Source of the DNA: Candidatus Hadarchaeota archaeon
GTDB lineage: Archaea; Hadarchaeota; Hadarchaeia; Hadarchaeales; Hadarchaeaceae
Length of the DNA: 32,000 nucleotides
Direction: 5' to 3'
Assembly (NCBI GenBank): GCA_964514965.1
Contig: CAZETV010000001.1
Span: 150,001 to 182,000, forward strand
The notes under the pieces are model-generated. The model saw only the letters and a list, made by a program, of their open reading frames with translations. It was not told the DNA's origin and searched no databases. This document shows, one piece after another, positions 26,379-32,000 of this stretch (positions within the stretch are counted from its first letter, which is position 1; every line of letters begins with the position of its first letter). The translations under genes were made by a program, and so were the position numbers.

Positions 26379-27179
26379 ATGAAATTGATGAGATCGGAGG
26401 ATGAAACTGAGCCATCTCGCCGTTTGCTCCCAAAGCGGAAAAGACGTGTGCTTTGGAAACTCATCGTCGCGGTGCTGGCAGTCGTGGTGGTTGTTGCCGC
26501 TGTGATGGTGCTGAAGCCATGGGAAAGATTAGGTGAGGGAAATGACGAAGCGGGAGAAAATGTGCTCTTTCAGTACCAAGCCAACTTTGCCTATCTGGGC
26601 TCAGAGGACAACCTGCCGATCGAGAACGTGGGGATAACACTCCCTTGCCCCAATATAGAAAACGAAGGAGTAATGGCGTTTATGGATACGCGCGGGTACA
26701 CGCGGACGCTTTACTGGCAGGACAATGAAAATATGTTATATCCACAAACAGTGGAGACTCCAATTTTAATACTTGAAAATGGTGAGACCTACACAACAGA
26801 TAATGTCCAGGTTTACGAGCTGAGATTTCCAAGAACCTCCGCTCCTGAAATCCGCTCTAGAGGGGATTTTACAATAGATGGGCCGAAAATTAACTATGTG
26901 CTAGATAAACTTTACACAAGAGAAGTGTTCTGTGTTTCAAATGTTGTATCAGTTCCCCAAGATAAAGCGGAGAGAGTAACACTTCGTAACTACGGGGACA
27001 ACGAATGGAGAAGTTCTGCGGGCTATTACTACCCCTACGGCAGTTCGCCTCCAGGAGAACCTATTAATTTATTGTTTTGGATACAGCTTTCAAAGAAAGT
27101 TGGTGAGAATTATGAAGTGGTTGAAACTTTTAGTCGAACTGCAGAAAATGCCGAATATGGCTGGTGGTGGTTATACTAA
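26379..27179 (+). CDS. Hypothetical membrane-anchored extracytoplasmic protein (266 aa)
   Basis: Polybasic N-terminus, one TM (LWKLIVAVLAVVVVVAAVMVL), then a beta-rich extracellular region. A good purine-rich RBS ggtggagg lies upstream. Confidence 0.65.
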   Translation: MKLMRSEDETEPSRRLLPKRKRRVLWKLIVAVLAVVVVVAAVMVLKPWERLGEGNDEAGENVLFQYQANFAYLGSEDNLPIENVGITLPCPNIENEGVMAFMDTRGYTRTLYWQDNENMLYPQTVETPILILENGETYTTDNVQVYELRFPRTSAPEIRSRGDFTIDGPKINYVLDKLYTREVFCVSNVVSVPQDKAERVTLRNYGDNEWRSSAGYYYPYGSSPPGEPINLLFWIQLSKKVGENYEVVETFSRTAENAEYGWWWLY

Positions 27180-29275
27180 TGATGCAACGAAGGATATTGC
27201 GGCGTTGGCAAGTTCGCTCCATAATCTCTTTTAAGTTGATCCCACACCTCCTCAAAAGACGGACCATATGATACCTCATTTGGAGCAAAACCTCGGAAAT
27301 CGGTACTACCATCTGGAAAAGTAATCAAGATACCTAGACGGCTCTCCTTATCGGTAAACCCTCCGTCAACTATCTTAACACTAAGTGAGTTCATCGAATT
27401 GCTTCCTGACCAAAGGTACTCAGTTTCGTATGTATTGATATCATCCATTGATGAACTTGATAATGGCTTGGGTGAAGTACTCAGGTTCAGGTTATATCCC
27501 TCTGTCTTCACTAGCTTTCCGTTCGAGTCGTAAGCGCAAATAGTGACCGGGTGCGGTGAACCGCTCGTGCTGGAATAAGGTTTCATGTTGAGCGTAGTCT
27601 GAGCCGGTGACGCGAAGCTAAGACGAGTCGAACCAACCGTCGCCTGCACTCCATCCGCATCAGCAGCCAGCTGGACATCTCCCTGATAGCCGTTCTTCGG
27701 CGTCACTATTATCGCGGTCTGCCTCGATTCCCAGTTTTCCAAGGAGTAGTCGGTCACGGAATAGGTGGTGGCGGTAACCTTGTAGTTCACCCGGAGGTTC
27801 CGAATCGAGTCGCTTCTCGCCGGTTCGGTCAGTGAAGTTTTTGTCTCCCAGACCGCGGTCGGTTGACCCGTCACCGTTTGTCCGTCGCTCAGGTTGTAAA
27901 AAGTCTCCTTCGACAAGACCTCACCGCTCCCAGCCAAACCCCAGCTGTATGTCTTTCCGACCCAGTACTGAGCAGCCTCGGCCTCCGTGTAGACCGTGAA
28001 TGCGTGCGTGCCGTTGTACGCCGCCCCCCAATAGTCCCATTCCTCGGCGGTTATGCGCCACTCTGTCGTGTAGCCGGGGACGCGGATGGTCTTGTATCCG
28101 TCCCGCACCGTGCGAGTCGAGTAGATGGGTCTGCCGAGGTCATCTTCCCAGTAAGAGGTATCGCACCAGTAGAGTTGGGGCTCCCACCTGCTACTGGTGA
28201 CCCAAGAGCGGGTGTACTTGTAGTAGCCCACGCGATAGCTGTAGCCGGACACGTAACTGCTGCTGTCCCGGTAGTAGTAACTGCGTTTCCAGCCCTCATA
28301 CCACGATCCGCCCTCGGTGAAGCTCGAGCCCTTGTAGGAATCGAAGTACTTGTAGCCGCTACTGTAGTAGTACCAGCCACCCCATCCAAACCAGTTCCAG
28401 TTGCGGCGGTACTCGTAGTAGTGATACTTGTAATTCCAACTGTATACCGGAGACGAACTCTTCCAGTAATTGCGCTTCTCGCTGTACCCGTGGTGGGTCG
28501 AGTCGTAGTTGTAATATTGAATGCCCGTTTGTGCGCTGTCGTAGGAGCTCTTTGAAACCGTTGACGAGCTGTATCCAGCGTATTTCCAATCGCCCCAGTG
28601 GGAGGTGTCCACGTAGCCGGGCAGCCAGTACCCGCTCTCGACCCACTTCTGCGCGTACCCGGAGACGTAGGTTTCAGTTCGATAATTGGGCACGCTCGCG
28701 TTGTACCCCGCGAACTGCTCGTAGGTATAACCAGTCAGGGCTCTGTTCTCCCCTGTGTAGGAATAGGAGTAAGGCGTCCATCCTCGCGTCAGGCTACCGG
28801 AAGTCTCCCCGAGCTCCAAATCGAACGGCTCGTAATCGAGGGGAATTCGCAGGTTGTGGTGCTCGCCCGATTTGATATTGTCCTCGATGGTGCGTTTGTT
28901 GAAACCACAGCAAGGATGACTCTTGTTGTAGCCTGAATGGCCCTCGTTGATGATTAAGAAATATTCGTGATTCTCTCCACCGGGGAGCACGATTTTAAAA
29001 TAACCGTTTTCATCGGTCTTGACATCAATCGGAATGTAATCGGAGTGGGCCCAGCCGATAATGCTCGCGTTTTCAATCCCTCCGCCGTTGTTATCGACGA
29101 CGAACCCATCGATTATCATCGAGCGCTCGACCTGAATCACGTACTTGACATAGTCACTTTGCATGTTGTCTGCCAAAGTTAGAGGCGATGAAGCCAACAA
29201 GAGCATGAAAACGAGCGGGACTGAGAGTAAAATAGCCCAAGCTCTTCGCCATGCCCCCAAACTTTCAGCCTCCAA
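27176..29275 (-). CDS. Secreted Tyr/Trp/Ser-rich protein (699 aa) with an N-terminal carboxypeptidase-regulatory-like domain
   Basis: Signal peptide AILLSVPLVFMLLLASSPLTLA, then IIDGFVVDNNGGGIENASIIG...KTDENGYFKIVLP, then a long aromatic-rich central region (for example YSWNYKYHYYEYRRNWNWFGWGGWYYYSSGYKYF). Confidence 0.75.
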   Translation of the reverse strand: MEAESLGAWRRAWAILLSVPLVFMLLLASSPLTLADNMQSDYVKYVIQVERSMIIDGFVVDNNGGGIENASIIGWAHSDYIPIDVKTDENGYFKIVLPGGENHEYFLIINEGHSGYNKSHPCCGFNKRTIEDNIKSGEHHNLRIPLDYEPFDLELGETSGSLTRGWTPYSYSYTGENRALTGYTYEQFAGYNASVPNYRTETYVSGYAQKWVESGYWLPGYVDTSHWGDWKYAGYSSSTVSKSSYDSAQTGIQYYNYDSTHHGYSEKRNYWKSSSPVYSWNYKYHYYEYRRNWNWFGWGGWYYYSSGYKYFDSYKGSSFTEGGSWYEGWKRSYYYRDSSSYVSGYSYRVGYYKYTRSWVTSSRWEPQLYWCDTSYWEDDLGRPIYSTRTVRDGYKTIRVPGYTTEWRITAEEWDYWGAAYNGTHAFTVYTEAEAAQYWVGKTYSWGLAGSGEVLSKETFYNLSDGQTVTGQPTAVWETKTSLTEPARSDSIRNLRVNYKVTATTYSVTDYSLENWESRQTAIIVTPKNGYQGDVQLAADADGVQATVGSTRLSFASPAQTTLNMKPYSSTSGSPHPVTICAYDSNGKLVKTEGYNLNLSTSPKPLSSSSMDDINTYETEYLWSGSNSMNSLSVKIVDGGFTDKESRLGILITFPDGSTDFRGFAPNEVSYGPSFEEVWDQLKRDYGANLPTPQYPSLHH

Positions 29276-29352
29276 TTCTCATTTTCCAAACTCATTCAAA
29301 CTTAAATGTGTTTGCATCTGTTACAGGGTGTTGACAAAGGGGCTCGGCGTGG

Positions 29353-30282
29353 TCAACGAACTCTAGCGATCTCCAACACCTCGCGCGCGAGCCTTACCCT
29401 CGTGGCGACATTCGGCATGAGCAAATCTGCGAGCGCGGTGCTAATCCCGAACTCCTCAACCGCCCGCGCACGCTTTCTGTCGCTCCAATCGAGAACCAGA
29501 CTGCCTATTATGCCCCGGTACACTTTAGCCACGCCGAGAGGGCTCACCTTGTAGCCCAACCCTCTCATCAGCTCCCCCGCCGGACCGCTGACCGCAGCGT
29601 TGCCCACGATCGGGCTCACCGCCACCACGCGCTCCCTGTTTCTGATGATCTCATCCTGAATATCCTCGATCGCCAAGATTGGTCCTATGCTCGTCACGGG
29701 GTTGCTGGGGCCGATTATAATTAAATCCGCTGTTTTAATCGCCTCGAGAACCCCGGGCGCTGGTCTCGCCTCTTCCGCCCCTTCGAATCTCACATTCTTG
29801 ACCATGTCGGCAGCGCGCCTTCGGACCCAGAACTCGTGAAACGACATCGGGCCCGCTTCAGTCTCGACGCGCGTTTGAACGCGGTCGTCCGACATCGGGA
29901 GCAAGCTCACCCGCACCCCAAGTTGATGGCAGAGCTCTTGGGTAACCTCTGAGAGCGGCCTTTCTTGCCTCAACGCCAGCGTCCGCCGAAGCTTCACTGC
30001 CCGGTCCCGGTCGCCTATCCTGAGAAGCTCGGGCTCGCCAAGCCGTTTCAGCATCTCGTGGCACGTGAATGTGTCCCCGCGAATCCCGTACCATGTCTCC
30101 TCGTTCACGATGCCAGCCAGCGTGTACATGACCGTATCCAAATCCGGGGAGATGCACAGGCCTGAGACCTCTAAATCCTCACCTGTGTTCACGATCACCG
30201 ATATTTTGTCCTGCCCGACCAGTCGAACCAGCCCTTGCAAAAGTTTGGGCGTGCCGGTGCCGCCTGAAAGCACAGCTATCAT
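29353..30282 (-). CDS. cofD: 2-phospho-L-lactate transferase (F420 biosynthesis)
   Basis: MIAVLSGGTGTPKLLQGLVRL, VIVNTGEDLEVSGLCISPDLDTVMYTLAG, LGDRDRAVKLRRTLALRQERPLSEVT, and IIGPSNPVTSIGPILAI. Confidence 0.95.
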   Translation of the reverse strand: MIAVLSGGTGTPKLLQGLVRLVGQDKISVIVNTGEDLEVSGLCISPDLDTVMYTLAGIVNEETWYGIRGDTFTCHEMLKRLGEPELLRIGDRDRAVKLRRTLALRQERPLSEVTQELCHQLGVRVSLLPMSDDRVQTRVETEAGPMSFHEFWVRRRAADMVKNVRFEGAEEARPAPGVLEAIKTADLIIIGPSNPVTSIGPILAIEDIQDEIIRNRERVVAVSPIVGNAAVSGPAGELMRGLGYKVSPLGVAKVYRGIIGSLVLDWSDRKRARAVEEFGISTALADLLMPNVATRVRLAREVLEIARVR

Positions 30283-30450
30283 TGAATTTTCACTCCCGCT
30301 CGGAACCCTCCAAACCCTGGAGGATTCTATGTTGTCTTTAGATTTAAAAATAAAACTAGACGTGATGTTGAAAAATGGAAAATAGAAAAATTAAAAAGTG
30401 AATTGCATATATTTATCTCCTTGTCCGAATCTTATCCAAGAGGCGAAACC

Positions 30451-31017
30451 ATGGCTGAAAAGTTAAACTTGGCTAACCCGGCGGCTCTGGGTCTAGGCGG
30501 CTTTGCCTTAACAACCTTCATCCTGAACATGGTGAACGCAGGGATAATCCCCGCAGAAAGCTTGGGAATGGTCTTTCCGATGGGACTTTTCTATGGAGGT
30601 CTAGCGCAATTTGCCGCGGGGATGTGGGACGTCAAAAGAGGAGACATCTTCGGCGGGACCTGCTTCACATCATTCGGCGCATTCTGGATCGGTTTGGCGC
30701 TGATGATTCTCTTGGAAACTGTAGGGATCATACCGAAAGTTCCGCCCGCGGGCATGGCCGTTTTCCTAATCGCATGGGGAATCTTCACGGCCTACGCCAC
30801 GGTAGGCGCCCTGAGAATTTCTTGGGGCATAACAACGGTCTTCGTGACTTTAACTCTCTTGTTTTTCCTTCTGGCGGCAGGGGAATTCAACTCGGTGATC
30901 AAAACGATCGCGGGGTACGAAGGAATTTTCTGCGCCCTCACCGCTTGGTACTGTTCGGCGGGCATTCTCATAAACACTATTTATAAAAGAGAGGTAGTGC
31001 CACTCGGAGAACGCTAG
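30451..31017 (+). CDS. Acetate/succinate-type transporter (GPR1/FUN34/YaaH family)
   Basis: NPAALGLGGFALTTFILN motif, GLAQFAAGMWDVKRGDIFGGTCFTSFGAFWI, and 6 hydrophobic segments. Confidence 0.88.
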   Translation: MAEKLNLANPAALGLGGFALTTFILNMVNAGIIPAESLGMVFPMGLFYGGLAQFAAGMWDVKRGDIFGGTCFTSFGAFWIGLALMILLETVGIIPKVPPAGMAVFLIAWGIFTAYATVGALRISWGITTVFVTLTLLFFLLAAGEFNSVIKTIAGYEGIFCALTAWYCSAGILINTIYKREVVPLGER

Positions 31018-31062
31018 ATTTCTTAGATAGATTGAATCGGCTAGTGTAATAAATAGCCAAGG

Positions 31063-31812
31063 TTACCTAAAGAGATCTCGCTCCGGCGGCATCACAAGCT
31101 CTTTCGCGTTTCCTTTCCCTCGCTCGTAGATTGCTCCCTTGACAACAATCACTGGAGTGCCCTCGTTTGCCTCCCCCATGATTGAAACCGCTGCCGCAGC
31201 CAAAGAGTCGGCGGGGGAAGTTATCGTCACGAGGAGCTCTCTGTCGTGGAGGTCTCGCTTTCCCCGCAGGTCGAGAAGCGGACTCATCCCAGCGACGCCA
31301 ATAGCAACGCCAACACAGCCCATTCTGAAGGCCCGCCCCTGAGTATCGGATACAATCACCGAAACCTCCGCGCCAAGTTCGCGTTTGATGAAATCCCGAA
31401 TTCTGGCAGCGCTCGCATCAGGGTCGTCTGATAGAGTCGTGACATGTTCCGGGTCGACATTCGAGCGGTCGACGCCGGCGTTCGCGCAGACGAAGCCGTG
31501 CTTGGTGCGAGAAATTATCAAATGCTCAAGCCTCACGATTTCACTGGATTGCCGTAAAATTACCTCGACCTCGCGGGGGTCCTTGTCAAGCCGTGCCGCT
31601 ATCTTTTCGGCCTTTTTGCTTGGCTTTACCCCGCGCAGGTCGACGATATTTCCCTCCGCCTTTGAAACGATCGTCTGCGCGACGACGATGACATCTCCGT
31701 CCTCCAAACGCAACCCTTGTTTTTGCGCCGCGTCCACGATGAGTTTCCCCACCTCGTCGCCCTTTTTCACCAGCGGCAACTCCTTGAGCGCGATGAGCTG
31801 CACCTGAGACAC
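31063..31812 (-). CDS. cofE: Coenzyme F420-0:L-glutamate ligase
   Basis: GDVIVVAQTIVSKAEGNIVDL, HGFVCANAGVDRSNV, SVIVSDTQGRAFRMGCVGVAIGVAGMSPLLDLRGKRDLHDREL. Confidence 0.93.
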   Translation of the reverse strand: MSQVQLIALKELPLVKKGDEVGKLIVDAAQKQGLRLEDGDVIVVAQTIVSKAEGNIVDLRGVKPSKKAEKIAARLDKDPREVEVILRQSSEIVRLEHLIISRTKHGFVCANAGVDRSNVDPEHVTTLSDDPDASAARIRDFIKRELGAEVSVIVSDTQGRAFRMGCVGVAIGVAGMSPLLDLRGKRDLHDRELLVTITSPADSLAAAAVSIMGEANEGTPVIVVKGAIYERGKGNAKELVMPPERDLFR

Positions 31813-31858
31813 CGAGGAGTATTATAGCATGGCTACCTTAAATCCGAAAGGTGTAGAG

Positions 31859-32000
31859 ATGAATTTCGGTGTTGAATTCGTTCCTTATCTGACGCTGGAC
31901 GCCCTGGTCAGGCTGGCCCGATTGGTCGAGCGCTCCGGCTTCGAGCAGATTTGGGTCTGCGACCACTACCACAACCGCTACATCTACCCCGTGCTCACCC
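31859..32000 (+). CDS. mer: 5,10-methylenetetrahydromethanopterin reductase-like (Mer, F420-dependent LLM family), truncated by the window end
   Basis: MNFGVEFVPYLTLDALVRLARLVERSGFEQIWVCDHYHNRYIYPVLT resembles the Mer N-terminus. An in-frame ATG also exists at 31829. Confidence 0.75.
   Translation, partial: MNFGVEFVPYLTLDALVRLARLVERSGFEQIWVCDHYHNRYIYPVLT

Noticed and set aside
27863-28555. 230-aa + strand ORF opposite the aromatic-rich gene
   Set aside because: Low-complexity translation with no recognisable domain, lying antisense to a gene with a signal peptide and coherent domain structure. The opposite-strand frame stays open because of the biased codon composition.
1-32000. CRISPR arrays, transposases, integrases, toxin-antitoxin or known defence genes
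   Set aside because: No regularly spaced repeats of CRISPR type and no ORF with transposase, nuclease-helicase or toxin-antitoxin signatures were seen on either strand.

Overview
This window is archaeal chromosomal DNA from an F420-producing archaeon. It is densely coded, with ordinary archaeal housekeeping genes and some lineage-specific surface proteins. From left to right it contains: (1) a modified mevalonate pathway cluster: mevalonate kinase, a UbiD-like anhydromevalonate-phosphate decarboxylase, an inserted RuvB-like/TIP49 AAA+ ATPase, an aconitase-X large subunit and DUF126 small subunit (phosphomevalonate dehydratase), and a 78-aa unknown protein; (2) tRNA-Val(CAC); (3) an ABC-2 exporter whose ATPase gene is frameshifted just before Walker A; (4) an ornithine/lysine decarboxylase plus homospermidine synthase operon; (5) a NiCoT-like metal permease, a small two-TM protein flanked by short repeats, an HD-domain protein, TFE, HflX and PAN; (6) a probable C/D box guide sRNA between PAN and trpB2; (7) a NatAB-type ABC system, a frameshifted PKD/transglutaminase-like surface protein and a polyprenyl diphosphate synthase; (8) F420 genes cofC/cofG and cofD/cofE, with the start of a mer-like F420-dependent reductase; (9) several hypothetical membrane or secreted proteins, including a 699-aa protein very rich in Tyr, Trp and Ser. 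I found no CRISPR array, transposon or recognisable defence system. The best leads are the unannotated C/D sRNA, the two A5-tract frameshifts, the TIP49 gene inside the mevalonate cluster, the aromatic-rich secreted protein, the degenerate TFE zinc ribbon and the homospermidine operon.
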